Positions 1-12,815 of a stretch of DNA of 64,000 bases are shown in pieces. Each line of letters begins with the position of its first letter. The stretch's first letter is position 1. The notes below the pieces were generated by a model. The model saw only the letters and a program-made list of their open reading frames with translations. It did not search any database and had not been told where the DNA came from. The position numbers and the translations under genes are program-made. Source of the stretch: Trypanosoma brucei (lineage: Eukaryota); assembly GCA_000002445.1 (NCBI GenBank), contig CH464491.1:3456001-3520000 (forward strand), written 5' to 3'.

Positions 1-1034
1 TTGACGCGCGTGGACCTAGGCCCTCACACCCGTGAGTTGGCGCTTGTGGCTAACAGTCGCCTCCTAGACGAGATGGGCCACGACACCGTAACCGGCGCCA
101 CGGAATGGAGAAACGGCCGTATGGACCCCGGATTAGCACTCAAAACATGGTCACGCAGCACAAACATTAAAGTTATGACGGGGAATCCAGCTGTACCCGA
201 CCGTCAGGGCTTTGGAGTTAATTTGGCGCGTTATACCTTCCCGAGGTTGGGAGGCCTTTAACCCCCTGTCGCCCGCTTATCCGATGGGAAGGACTGGCTC
301 TAGGTAAGCGTGGCTGCGCGTTAAGTGGGACTGATTTCCACCTTGTTCCGATTCATTCACATCTCACCTGCGATTTGGTGGGTTTCGTTACGCTAATTTG
401 CAGGGCACCAAAAGCCACTCACGATAAACAGCCCCGTCGCGCGACGGAATGTAATCGGGCGCAAGTAAAAAAAGGAAACGGATGCGGCAGATCAGTCGCA
501 TAGAGATTCAGGGGTATGGCAACGTCGACGGTAGGTGTCCCGGGTTAAAAGGTGGGAGGAGGCATTGTACTGCAATCATATTGTTAGAAAAGCATACCGA
601 GTGCAAAAGGAAGGGGTCGGTTTTGTGCCCACTTACGCCACACCTTATGATGAAATTAGCTTCAAATAAACGTAGTCTCTCTGTGTGTGACAAACGACCA
701 TACAGTCCCGTTCGAAATGACTCACAGAAATGGCAAACGCGGAACTCAGTTTTACAAAGCACAGTACATCATTTCTTGGTTTATTTATTTTTTTTGAAAT
801 ACGTACGATATGCGTTTGGTCGTGTGGGCGCAACACCCTTGTAACAGGACGTGTGCATTTCTACTCTTGCTTCCTGTTGTTACTCAACAAAGTGGGGGGA
901 AAGGCCCTTGCGCCTGGGAAGGGAAAGCCGACCCTGCTCCGAAAGCGATTTTCCCTGCAGGCATTACTGCCTTCTCTCCCAACGAGCAACAGTTGACGGA
1001 GCTACCGTCTAGGAGTGGATTACGCGATTCCCAT

Positions 1035-2609
1035 CTATGGGACGGGGCCATCACTCCCTTCCCGAGCGCGGTTAGCACGACCGGGGTGACCAAGAGGTGG
1101 CTCCTTTTCGTTCGAAGCCACACCCTCTTCGATGACTGGTTCCTCTTCACGTCTTTCTTTATTCCGGGAGAAGCAGAGTAGTGAAACGACCACACAGACA
1201 CAGACCAACACAATGAAAACAAGTAGCAAACGCCATTTCATGCTAAAGTATCGACCTCCGCTGAGGCTTTGTATGCACTCCAAAGTAACACTATTGAGTG
1301 TGTAACCGCTCCCACAAGCCCATTCAGGGCACATCCGCCGTAGTGCTTTGCAGGCTTGGTTGGGTGACTCCCTTTTTTCCCCCGAGCAATCAAATAGTTT
1401 CCGATACTTATCGTTGAGGTAGCAAAGTCCAGCAGGATCCTTTGGCTTGGTGAAATCCACGAGCCGCTTGAAGTCGTGATAAGGGCATGTGTTGTTTTCA
1501 GCATTGTAGATAGAGTTCCGCTCATCCATGCACTTCAACTGAAAATCGTCCCACTGAAACAAATACTTGGTACTAGGAGTTTGGCCCGGTGCCCCACGCC
1601 TTACACATACGACATATCCGTTCGCAGCATCATCGTATAGAAGCTCAAAAGCGTACAGTTGCCCAAACGGAGGCAGAAATCCATCGAAAGTGGAGTCTCC
1701 AAGGGTGGCCGCCAGTGGTGCGAGGGTTACGTCGTGTGCACTGTAGTGGTAAAGCTTAAGCGTCGTTGTGCCATTCATGCGACTCTCAGCATTGAACAGA
1801 ATTCGTTGCGCCAAGTCCTGTCCTTGACTGCCCATGTTTACGTGTGTTTTGTCAGAACTGTTATACCCAAATTCCTCCCTGAAGCAAAATTCTGTCACAT
1901 TGCGTAACTGCTTCACATGTTGCAACAATAGCGGATGCTTAGCAATCCGCCCGTCGGCCTCCATAGAAGCACCTATGTCAAACAATGTTTGGGCACATTT
2001 ACACCTGTCTTCTGGATTGGCACACATACCCTCACTGAATACCTCCTTAGAAATGGACAGAAGCGTATCGTATTTAATGAATTTGTCGGTCGTGGGGTTG
2101 CACACGTTCCGCCACCACTCAACGTCCAAATTCAAAAAAGCGTAGGTATATGGGTTGCTGTAGCTGCGCTGCAGAACGTTTCCGCGATCATACCTAGTGT
2201 AGACAACTGGAAAGAAGGTATTCTCGTCTGGAAACAAGCCCTTCAGAAGACCTTCTGCGCTTTGGATCGTTCGATTAACATAAGTTGACTCGGTGTGAGA
2301 CACACTAAGATTGTAGCTTGTTGACGGGAAGAAAGGCACCGAACTGGCATTATTGTAGTGCTCGCGCAAGAACTTTCCCGTATTAATTAGCATCGTTAAA
2401 CCCTCACGAGTTAGAGATCCACACGGCTCGCCACCGCATATCTCGGTTGCGTTGTGTGGTACAAGGGGATACCTAGCTCCATGGCGATGCACCAGCTGAA
2501 CAAGGTGTAGCGTTTTGGTTGGTTGTGCAGCGTATGAATGTATGTGCAGGAAGGTGAAAAACACACAAACCACAGCCAGGTTAACCCAAGAGCCCTTTCT
2601 CTCCTTCAT
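1035..2609 (-). CDS. Membrane-bound histidine acid phosphatase (type I membrane protein)
   Basis: 524-aa ORF. N-terminal signal-like hydrophobic stretch is followed by the histidine acid phosphatase signature RHGARYP (RHGxRxP). A C-terminal transmembrane helix (LLLVFIVLVCVCVVVSLLCF) precedes a short basic tail. This architecture matches trypanosomatid membrane-bound acid phosphatases. Confidence 0.75.
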   Translation of the reverse strand: MKERKGSWVNLAVVCVFFTFLHIHSYAAQPTKTLHLVQLVHRHGARYPLVPHNATEICGGEPCGSLTREGLTMLINTGKFLREHYNNASSVPFFPSTSYNLSVSHTESTYVNRTIQSAEGLLKGLFPDENTFFPVVYTRYDRGNVLQRSYSNPYTYAFLNLDVEWWRNVCNPTTDKFIKYDTLLSISKEVFSEGMCANPEDRCKCAQTLFDIGASMEADGRIAKHPLLLQHVKQLRNVTEFCFREEFGYNSSDKTHVNMGSQGQDLAQRILFNAESRMNGTTTLKLYHYSAHDVTLAPLAATLGDSTFDGFLPPFGQLYAFELLYDDAANGYVVCVRRGAPGQTPSTKYLFQWDDFQLKCMDERNSIYNAENNTCPYHDFKRLVDFTKPKDPAGLCYLNDKYRKLFDCSGEKRESPNQACKALRRMCPEWACGSGYTLNSVTLECIQSLSGGRYFSMKWRLLLVFIVLVCVCVVVSLLCFSRNKERREEEPVIEEGVASNEKEPPLGHPGRANRAREGSDGPVP

Positions 2610-4069
2610 TGTTTAACCTAACTGGACACCTTAAGAGAACTCAAAAGCGCATGGCGTTAAGTTTACCTGTCCATTAGCACAACACTTCTGGATTACAGAA
2701 ATATGAAAAATAAAACAGACTATCACATAAACTACCCAGCACTAATGTGGTCTGGTCCCACATAGAAACACTGCCACGATATGCAAAAAAACTCTGTTGG
2801 AATAGTGCTTCTCAACATCGGAAGCCTAACCTTGTGGTCGTCTTCCCTCAAACGTACGAGCGATGCGGGTATCAAGGGAACAGCAAAAGCAAAAACACAC
2901 CTTTCACACAATACACGGGAAACTTGACGGCAGATATGGTGGCCGATGGGGAATCTAAGCACCATCGGGGGCACACCCTCCGGTCTCGAGTTGTGAGATT
3001 CTTGATTCTGCAAGGGCCCGTCTACGAACAGACGCGCGACGCTGCACATTTGGAGACGCACCCATTCAACGGCCCGCACGTGGTCTGCACCGACGTTGAA
3101 TTGACAAAAGGGGAATAAACTGTAACGTTCCAATACGAGGCATGGGCAACATCGGGAGGTGTACAGCCGGGTAGAATCCACATGGCATTCGACGATTACG
3201 CAACAATCAAAAGGCAACGAAGGCTCAAAACACCCCGTCAACTTCCTACCTGTAAATTTTATTTCGATCCCCCGTGCTCCTGATCAGCAGCCGCTATACC
3301 GCTCCCAGTCCGCAGTGGCTACAAAGACAGCCACCTAACCTTATCACACATTACATCGCAACTACATATAAGCAGCAACCATCCCAGAAAAGCAAGTCAG
3401 CACCAAACCGGTTCCCAGACGTATTGGATAGCAGAAAACTATCAGCAACCGCACCTACTAATCAAGAAGCACCCATCGTCTCAGGGGTTAAGAAATAGAG
3501 TGAGGTCCACACATAATCAAAGACAGTCCGCTCCCGATCTGTGCATGCGTGAAGCAGCAATCGGGTAGCCGCATCCGCTACTGGTATTGCATTAGTGAGG
3601 TTACACCGCCTCCACACCACACCTCTAAACTCCAGTGGAGCACATGAGTGCCATCCTAGTGCAGCACTACTCGGTGTTCTATCCCTTCTTCCTTCACTGC
3701 TGTGTCCGGAAAGCAACACGGGGTCTAGAAAAGAGCAAGAGGAAGCGACAAAAGGTGAGTCTCCGCTTCACGTAGAGTGCCATCAACAGGGAAGAAGTCA
3801 GCGAAGTGGAAACACCACACACGCACACGTGCGGAGCTGGAAACTGTTCGAAAACAAGTAACTAATAAAAGGCGTTCGCTCAAAATATTAATAACAATAA
3901 CAAACTACTAGTACCCATGGTTCCCATTCTTTTGTTTCAAAAGCTAACTAACATATTCACTACCTACGTTAACACTAAGTGGGGTCACATTAAGCTCCAC
4001 ACAGCACCAGAGCCTGCGATGAGGCAGAAAAGTGGTTGTTGGACTCCAACCCATCCGTTGCCGCTGGGG

Positions 4070-4534
4070 CTACCAGCCGCGATGGTAGAGGTGCTCGGGC
4101 GAACCAGTTAGTGTACACGTTAGGTGCCGGAAGAAATCCTGCCGATCACTGCCCCAGAACAGGTTGCGCCGCTCATCTGGTGACATATTTCGAAAGTCAC
4201 CCACAGTCGGATTGTTGTTGATCCGCACGAACGCTAACTCCCGCATGTAACCCATATCATCAAAGCGCCACTTTCGGGCCTCCGTGCGGACGGCAAACTC
4301 CAGCGGGTCGTTGTCCAGGTACTCAATTTCAATTGGCGGCGGCGTTATAGGAAAATGGAGAGAGCGCGCTTGTGGAACCGAGCAAGCACACGCAACGCGA
4401 GAGCCAGCGCGACGCAGCATACTTTTACCTTTCTTTATTAATGTCAATAACTTCGCTAGATAAAGGAAGGGGAAAGCATGACGAGCAAAGAGGGACGACG
4501 GTGGTACTTGTGAACTCACTCGGTTACAAACCAA
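4070..4534 (-). CDS. Hypothetical protein; possible mitochondrial presequence if started at the internal Met (MLRRAGSR...)
   Basis: 154-aa ORF co-oriented with the gene array. The internal Met is followed by an Arg/Ser-rich amphipathic N-terminus. No recognisable catalytic motif. Confidence 0.35.
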   Translation of the reverse strand: MVCNRVSSQVPPSSLFARHAFPFLYLAKLLTLIKKGKSMLRRAGSRVACACSVPQARSLHFPITPPPIEIEYLDNDPLEFAVRTEARKWRFDDMGYMRELAFVRINNNPTVGDFRNMSPDERRNLFWGSDRQDFFRHLTCTLTGSPEHLYHRGW

Positions 4535-4796
4535 TGTATGACACGACTCGATGCATCGTAGACTAGAAGTTTAATCACCAAATACACGTTGTCAGGACCG
4601 ATCGACGAGGTTTCAGTGCGCACTCCCAGACCCATCCGAGGGAAAGAGTGCGAAAGAAATTTTGTTTTCTTCACGTGCACATGCTTTAGGGATGCACAGT
4701 TGCAACCACAGCACAACGCTACGGGCAAATAAGTACCCCTTGCTGCGAACAGAATCGGTCACTTCACGCCATACCATCCAAAACTAGATCTTAGCA

Positions 4797-4817
4797 CACA
4801 CACACACACACACACAC
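4797..4817. repeat. (CA)n microsatellite
   Basis: cacacacacacacacacacac. Confidence 0.9.
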
Positions 4818-7800
4818 TGATGCAGCTACGGTTGATTAAGCTTTTCGTTCATGTGTTGCGTCTCAGATGTTAAGGAGCATATGCCCCCGTTAGGAGGGTA
4901 GAGAGGTTAGAATACAGGAATAATGAAGAACAAAGGGAATATGCAAGTCCGTTTGTTGGTTATATCGCTGTAGAGGAGTGTTTCAAATGTCTTGTCGCAC
5001 GGTGTTGCTGTATGTCTTTCAGTATACCATTGAGAGTCTTGGGCCACCCACAGTTGGAGGATACCGATGTCATTGATATATGATGAGCATTAGCTGTAAG
5101 CACAATACATTTTGTGTCGTAGCTCAACTTGAGCATTGAATCAGGAACTATTGTGGTTTAAACCCTGCTTCCGATTTTAAAAAAATATAATGGCTTCCGC
5201 GACTTTGCCTCTGGTGACCTTCGTGCTTAACCTCACAATTTTGAAGGCCTTAAGCGAAACTGTAGCCTTTTTTGTGCTTAGATGCATAACCCTTCCAGTG
5301 TCGGTTGCAAGTCGCTGTGGAGTGTTTTGTTTTTCTATCATTGTTTTCCTTCTTATAGGGCTGGGTATACCGTAACGGAATGAATCATCCGTGCTCAAAG
5401 TACAAAGGCACGCGAAGCTCCCTTCCTACGTGGTTCAACCGGGGTTCGAAGTTCATCTCCACCCACACCAAATAATGTGATACAAATCTCTCCGTATTCT
5501 CTTTCTCTCAGTTCTCACAAAGGACAACGATAGCCAACTGTGGGGTCATCTGCTGCATTCACAATCTGGCGGCTACAAGCCTTAAGTATATTTGGACAGT
5601 TCTGCATCACCAGGGTGGATTTGACATGGTCACAATTCTGCAGCTTGGATTAAATATACTGTGTCAGCTCAACAAGTGGTTCTTTCCAGTGGTATGTAAA
5701 TAATAAACGCTCCAGACAAACCACACTCAAGTTAATTTTTTTTCCAGTATAATCACCTCACCACTTTACGAAGCAGAACTTAACTTCGTCCTCCACGTAC
5801 CAACCCATCACAGCCGTACAACCAGACATAATAACCAACCCATGTACGGGTTATATTCTGTCACACTGAAGCCTTGTAAAACGCTGATTTTCTCGTTATT
5901 CGTACCCACAGCATGTGCAGTCTAAAGTCGACAAAGTGTTGAGGAGGAAGTAAATAAACGTTACTGCTCAATGACGTGGGTAACGAAGTCATACTCTCCC
6001 TACACTTCGGAAGCTTTGCATCATCCATAGCACCTTAGTCGTTTATACTTCCTTACCCCAACAACCGCGTGTGACCCACTGGGAAGCGACACGTCCGTAG
6101 TAGGAAAGAAAGCCCTTAGTACTACCATGAGCACTAGAAAAAGTGGACCAATCTCTGCCTGTTTCTTAGCAATGTAGTTTAATGGAACGTATTTTGAGTA
6201 AGAGGGAAAAGGAGGAAAACATAAGTGCATCAGGACATAGAGAAATGTTAGAAGCATTTATTTTTTTCAGGCATGAGCAGTTACTTTGTGCTTTGAGGAT
6301 GAATACTTTAATGGAGCGAAAGTGTAAGGGGGGGGCGGTGAGGCAAACTACACCTTACTAAATGGAAGCTAAGTGTTGCCGCGCTTGAAGAAACCACAAA
6401 CGCTGCATCACCGCCCCCTCCACGAAACAAGCGTCACCAACGTCATTGAATCCAAATCTAACTCAACGGAATAGTGATGCCCTTGCAAACAGATGAACCA
6501 TAGCACGCAGCGTCCCTTAGACGTCACAACCACAACAGACCCCTGATAGAGACGGAAACCGCACTGAGACACACGTTGTTGCACTCACAATGAAGAAGGA
6601 TCTCACTAAACGACACACCTCACAACCAGTCGGAAACACACACTGTGCCCGCCATTTGGTTATCGTTCACAAGCAAGTCAAGCGGATGTGCCGTCAGTAA
6701 GCATCTTCGGCAACCAGAGCACTAATTTGTTCCTAGGACTATGATACGAATTTATCATCCCTTACTCCAGAAGGATTCGCACATGCGAAAAGGAAAATAA
6801 TTCGGAGGGAGCGTGTCCCATACATGACGCCTGAGAAAAATTAAAACCAACAGCTTGACACAATCACTCACAACTCTAGGAGATGACTCAGTGTTGACAT
6901 GACCTCAATTAACCGACCGCTTCGCTCGCGTTACATACACAGTGCGAACATCCAGTAACGTGTATGTATGTAGTTTGCAGCACGGAAAGGGAATAGAACC
7001 CCTTTCCCCGGTTTCACACGAATCGTGCAGTGCACGGTGCACTAGGAGTTCAAAAGAATGTGAGCTGCCGTCCACACAGTGTACAGAAGGTCCACTATAA
7101 CTTCACGTTCAGTATTACCAGTGGCCGCTGGTTGCATGGTCGAAACGGGACACCAACAAAAAAATGTGTTATACCCATCTGTGACTTCTACAAATATCTG
7201 TTATATGGTTAACACGGTAATAACATCGAAACTTACCACTCTTACACGATGTTTACGCTGTTTTTGGATGTATTTAATATATATGTATATCCATCGACCT
7301 TCACCTATTCTCCTTTAGGCCAGATTAAAAATAACAACAGCCCAGCGTTTACTTTAAAGTGCGAGGTTATGTTACGAAAACTGACACCCAAATAGACACA
7401 CCATGACTTATTTAGCGCCGCTGGGAGAACTGTTAGAAAGGGCCCAAACCCTGGCGTGTCACTGCTTCCGCGGCTAAAAAGCGACCGCGCAGCAGCGGAA
7501 CGACAAGAGCCCCATCGACGCACCAGAAGAGTAAGTAACACCACGTATGAGCACATCACTCAGGAACGCCATCTTGGTCGATAAGCGATTAGGTCAGTGT
7601 CCAAGCGAGGAAAGAGACAAGCACGATACCAATAAAGCCACAGCCATATCATCGCAGAAATTGACGCAAGCAGCTTGATGCACTTCCATCCCAAAGGGCA
7701 ACGGCATCAGCCACACCTGCGCCACATTTCACAACCATTCACCATTCACACACGCACATACGCAAAAGCAACTGACGCCGTTACAGCAACAGTGCAGCAT

Positions 7801-8650
7801 CTAACTCATACGCCCGCGAGCATGTTTTCTCATCTCCCTTCACGTCAACTGAATCAGCACACAAGGGACGTGACTATCTGCTCAAAACAGTTCCCCCCCC
7901 TTATCATCACCAATGGAGAGGTAAGAAATGTCCAATCTGCCATCAGATATCAGACCATTCCAACAACATGGAAGCAGCGATGCCCCCTCGCACAAACACC
8001 CTTTCAACGAAAATACACACTTGCTGCACTATCCCCCAAACATCAGAAGAGCTCCATTCACACCACTTGTCGAGTAAGGTCTCAAACACTCACCGTACCG
8101 TGTGTCCCTTCACGATTTTTCTCTCCTTCTGTAATGATTTAATCAAAGTAATACTTGATGCCAGCGAATTGTTGACGGCGGGCTACATTGGAAACGCCTG
8201 GAAGAGAAAAAAAGAGAAGAGAAAGGTGAAGACATCGCTTTTCCGGCAGCTTCGTCCCTCCTACATTTATCACTACGTTCAGACACGCAGCTCAACCACT
8301 TTTAAATCCGTCTTCTCATCACTTCAACAATGAGATGCACAAAGAAAGGTACATTTTTTACCAGCACCAGCGGCCTGTAAATGCTGGAGTCAACTCATCA
8401 AATTCCGCGGCGCCAAACAGTGGATATTCGGCAGCACGACAACGCACATGTGATACTAGATCATGCACGCCGTGACACAACCAGAAACTATAGATTATAA
8501 AAATAGAAGGGAAGAAAGGATGGTAGAGAAATGAAAACTAGGAACCCCACTCGCCCATCCCAAAAGCTCTTTACGTGATCCCAGTGACTCTAAAGGCAGA
8601 AACAAAGGAAAAATAACGCTAGCACATATGTATATATTTACCTCCCCAAC

Positions 8651-9454
8651 TTAGTTGTACACCCGTTGGCGAAACTTTGTGACCTCCCGACAAACTGGGC
8701 ACTGGGATAAATTTGATGCACAAGAAACACACAAACAGTAGTGTCCACATGGTACCAGCACCGTGTCCTTTGGGCCAAAGCAAATGACACATTGAGCGTT
8801 CTCCCCTCCTGTTTGGCTAAGACATTCAGCGTCAACATCCTGACTTGCCACCAAAGACGCCCGCTGTTCTAGCGCCAGAACATTAAGAAAATTTCGGTCA
8901 ACACAAAGAGGAGAAATATTTTCCTCTTCCAGCAATTCCTTCAACCCAGAGATGACGGAGACAAGTGATGAAGAGGTTGGTCGCCAGCCAGCAAGTTCCG
9001 GTGTGTGACAACGCCCTGTGACATCCACGTACTTATGGTTGCTCAACACCTTGCACCCAGGTTCATTGCAGTGAATAAATATTGAAGGTGGATCAATAGG
9101 AAACTGTTGCGTAAGCCAAATTTGCACAGGCAAAACAAACTTCGATTTTCCGCCGTCATTCTTCGTTTGTTCAGCAGCTTCAACGCAGCACCTAACCGAA
9201 ATAGGCAAACCGCCATACACACATAGCTTCAACTGTTGAGTGCCACCCCACGGAGAAACACGACAAGAAAGGTGATACATATTGCATAGTAACGAGAGAT
9301 CATTCGCGATACGCCTTAAAACATCAGGCTTATGATAATTCGACCTAGCAAAAAAACGGGATGCATCGTCAAACATGTCCGAAACAGCTACTCCACCTTT
9401 CCCTTTCAAGTAAGATACAACGAAAAAAAGCAAATTAAACAATATGTAATTCAC
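8651..9454 (-). CDS. RING-type (C3HC4) E3 ubiquitin ligase with N-terminal UEV/UBC-like region
   Basis: 267-aa ORF. C-terminal CVICFGPKDTVLVPCGHYCLCVSCASNLSQCPVCR is a canonical RING-HC (C-x2-C...C-x-H-x2-C-x2-C...C-P-x-C). The N-terminal ~150 aa carry a UBC/UEV-like HPN-less core. Confidence 0.6.
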   Translation of the reverse strand: MNYILFNLLFFVVSYLKGKGGVAVSDMFDDASRFFARSNYHKPDVLRRIANDLSLLCNMYHLSCRVSPWGGTQQLKLCVYGGLPISVRCCVEAAEQTKNDGGKSKFVLPVQIWLTQQFPIDPPSIFIHCNEPGCKVLSNHKYVDVTGRCHTPELAGWRPTSSSLVSVISGLKELLEEENISPLCVDRNFLNVLALEQRASLVASQDVDAECLSQTGGENAQCVICFGPKDTVLVPCGHYCLCVSCASNLSQCPVCREVTKFRQRVYN

Positions 9455-9631
9455 ACCACATTAACAATACAAACCAGTTGCGACCTTCACCAACAATACG
9501 CGGTTAACTCCCATACTTCCCACATCACTGAATCATTTCACTCTAGCCAAAACAAATTTAGCGTACATGTTCAGTCAAACTCCAACACAGGTGTCCTCCC
9601 CGGACGTCCCCACATTTACAACTTCACTGGA

Positions 9632-11145
9632 CATTAACTGATGCCTTGAAAAAAGCAGCAGCGGTGGATGTTTCGGCGAGGCTTTTGCTTGAATCAAATT
9701 CATCGCATGATCCGCTGTGGGATGCAAAAGCCCTAGCCTGTGTAGCCGTCGCCTGTGGGGTGGTTCCTTTTTCGAACCCGCCGGTGCAATGAAGGTGTTA
9801 TGTGTGTATTGGGTCTCGGACTGGGTTTCCACACAGAGGGCTCGACACAAAGACATGATGGAAGGAGTCGTTGTGTCTCTGATGATGAATTTGCCTCAAG
9901 TCTTGATTGCGTGGGAAGTTATTAAGATCTGTTGTTTACCCCTTCCGCAAACGGGCCCCTACTATCGCCCCCCAAACGCACCAATGACATTGCCCTGCCG
10001 TGAGTTCTAAAGACGCAACCCCCCTCCCCACGCACACACACACATCCCGCCAGTCTCCCACCGCTGGATCTACCTAATATTAAGAAGCCAACACCAACGC
10101 GCCAACATTGATGCTGCCGGCTGCCACAAAGGTATCAGCGGCCCGTGCACTGCCTGGACGGTGTGACCCAGACGGGAGTGGCACACCTCGTTACTTTTAG
10201 TCTGCGACGAAGTGGCCACAGGGCCAAGACATCCTGGAGCACGCGACGGAAGCATTACGGAACTTGTATCGTCCCTAGAATCCCCTCATAGGTGTATCTA
10301 GAAGCGCTTTCAGCAACCCCATCCAAACTGAAGGGCCATTCTTTGGGGGTTGTGAATTCGGTTGCCACACAGATCAGCGGTATAACCCGACACCTTTCAT
10401 ACCGTATTTTACTGAGTGCGAAACGGTTGCGATGAGGCAGGCTAACGAAAATCGTGATATCGGCACGAGAGCCTTGGACCAGCCTGTGCCGGCGAATCCT
10501 GCCATCAGCTCACGGAGAAGGGGGCGAATAATACACCCTCATGTTTTACACCGTTTGGGTTTAGGCTGTTTCCCCGGTTGCTACGGCACCCCAAATTCTC
10601 TCTGCTTTTCCGCTCTTTCCTGAGAGGGACTGTCCCTGATTACCTCCGTGCTCCAGAACGCAGCACAGTGGAGGTTGCCACCTTCAACTTCTGTATGCAT
10701 TGCCACGTGATGCCTCGCAGACTGCTTGCACACTCCCCTAAGTCAATCTTCCAGCGGCAATGCCATAAAAAGGGCTGCCCTGAGCGCCTACAGCTGCTCC
10801 CCCATTCCCGCGGCACGTTCCATATCTACCTCGGCATTTGGGTGGCCCGTCGGCGCTGCGTTGGCATACGCCCTCGCGCCACTGAACAAGAGCCACTTGG
10901 CGAGTATTGTCGTAGAAGGAAGAGTGCCCGGAGGCGTGCAACAGGGAACTGGCTTCGCACATATTAACCAAGCGGTCAACCACTTTGAAAACGCGTGGAT
11001 AGCATCTATTCCTCCAGTTTTCTTGCGCAATTTCTTTCACTGTATCCCCTCTCGCCCCGCTCTTACTCACTTATTTGAAACTACGTGGCCGCTGCCCGAA
11101 CGGATTTAACGTGCGATTTAGACTTCCACCAACCCATACATGTGA
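9632..11145 (+). repeat. Copy A of a ~1.5-kb segmental repeat, inverted relative to copies B and C
   Basis: The ORF-track peptides at 9717-10010, 10432-10623, 10578-10967 and 10726-11109 reappear almost residue-for-residue on the opposite strand at 17559-17852, 15176-15367/16432-16623, 14832-15221/16088-16477 and 14690-15073/15874-16329. Direct nucleotide comparison at both ends confirms reverse-complement identity. Homology decays at ~9632 and ~11145. Confidence 0.9.
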
Positions 11146-12815
11146 AGGGCCGGAAACCTGCGCACCATGACCCTTGAAAGGACCTTACTAAAACATGGGG
11201 CACCCTCGCAAGAAGGATTTGGAAGCTCCGCACCTTAATATGTTTTTGCTAACCTGTGGTTCTTTGCCTAATGTTCTCTGGGCGAATGTGCGGCTGCTTC
11301 TAAAGCTCCAGGCTCTTTGTGTTTGCTCATATTCTTCTTACTGAGTTAAAATCGTGGGGGCGAGTGCTCTGGGTCACAACAAGGCTTTTTTTTTGTCTTC
11401 AGGTGCAGCAGTGGGTTCTGGAACTGGCCCCTTAGGCCGCAAGAGACCTAGACGGAATAACGACACTAATGGTTTGTTGCTGGCGATCATTCATCAGGAG
11501 TCAGTGAGATGGGTGTAAGTTTTCATGGCCGCGGTTCTTTGCCCCTTGAGCAAGTCGTTTTATCAGGCTTTCATTGCCGTCAACTTCCGCTATCTGACAG
11601 TTAATTTCCGGAATAACTTGCCTGTTGAGCACTTGTTGCCATGCCACGAAATTGTCGTCGAAGCGGGAGTTTCTATTTTCTCGAAACTTTTGAGAATCGT
11701 GGTTTTACTGAAACGGGGAAAGAACTTGTTCCGCATAACGGTGGTGACCAGCTCGCGCCTTCCGCAAGGTGAGTTGGGATGAACAAGGTTCTTATTTGGT
11801 CGTTCTGTGAGGGATTGTGAAAAAATGGTGTGACTCCTTGTGTGAACCAGAAAGACTTTAGTAGCGGGTGGAGAAGTTGGTTCGTTGTCCTTCCGTCGTG
11901 TTTCCGGTCCGTGTGTTTGAACTCTTTCAACTCTGGTACTTTGGAAGGTCAGGTTTTGCGCTCGGTCACATGGTTTCCGAAGACCATCTACAAAAGGAAA
12001 ACAAGTGGACGAATTCACTGATTTTCACAAACAGTGCAGTGGAGTCAGGTTCCTTCTTTTCCAAGGGGGGGGGATGGCTGCGCCTCTTCGCCTGCGACGT
12101 TGTGCTAGGGAAAAAAAATGACGGATCGGAGCCAGGAGCTTGTTATCATTTGACTTTGCGCGTGGTGCTAGTATGGCCACGGAGAGGCTTGGAGTGGTGT
12201 TGTCGTTATGACATTAGTACAAACTCCATTCATAAAAAATGTTTTTTTTTTCATGAATCGTTTTCTAAAACTCAATCACAAATAATTGGCGACGTGGGTG
12301 AGCCTGTCAAAAATCGAAATCTAAGCCTGCGGACTTTTGAAAGAAGAATAGCAATCCAGCAGTGGTCAAATACAATGACCCCTACCACCCTCGCCTCTTG
12401 GGGACATAGAAACCCTCATGGAGTCGTCCTAAATAAATTCCACGGTCACAGAGGGGCACGGTCGAACCCTTCCTCGCACCCAGAAACCGGAGTTAATCCA
12501 GCTCTTCACCGTCACAGAAAAGGTACATTCTCGGGCGTGTGTTTTTATTCCTGTTCGCCAGTGTCTGATCCATTGGAGTGTACAGGAATTCTTTCTTTGC
12601 ACAGGGATATCCACTTTGAAGGTGATTTTCATTTCCTTCGCCCTCAGTGGTGAGGAAACCGTTTAAGTAAGGCAACTGTTAAGTCGGTGGGAAAAAAGAG
12701 TTTAAATAGAACGTGAAAAGGCACGCCTTTCTCCACACGAAAATGGGAAATATAGACTGCGGGACACCCCTCTCTGAATATCCTCTTCGAGTAAGAAGGG
12801 GGGAACATCCTAGTG

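Noticed and set aside
2732-3241. 169-aa minus-strand ORF and overlapping 123-aa plus-strand ORF
   Set aside because: They are mutually overlapping and Cys/Arg-rich with no motif. They are most likely 3'-UTR or intergenic sequence downstream of the acid phosphatase gene.
7675-8142. 155-aa plus-strand ORF
   Set aside because: Its orientation is opposite to the polycistronic array. Its His/Thr/Pro-rich low-complexity translation comes from CA-rich DNA.
10432-11109. Cluster of 63-129-aa ORFs on both strands inside the 1.5-kb repeat (reiterated at 14690-15367 and 15874-16623)
   Set aside because: They overlap one another on opposite strands. They have no recognisable motifs. They recur only because the underlying DNA is repeated. 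Their arginine/proline-rich composition is typical of GC-rich non-coding translation.
11868-12653. 261-aa plus-strand ORF in the tRNA-island core
   Set aside because: It lies on the strand opposite to every supported gene. It has no similarity to reverse transcriptase, endonuclease or any family I recognise. It sits in retroposon-debris DNA.
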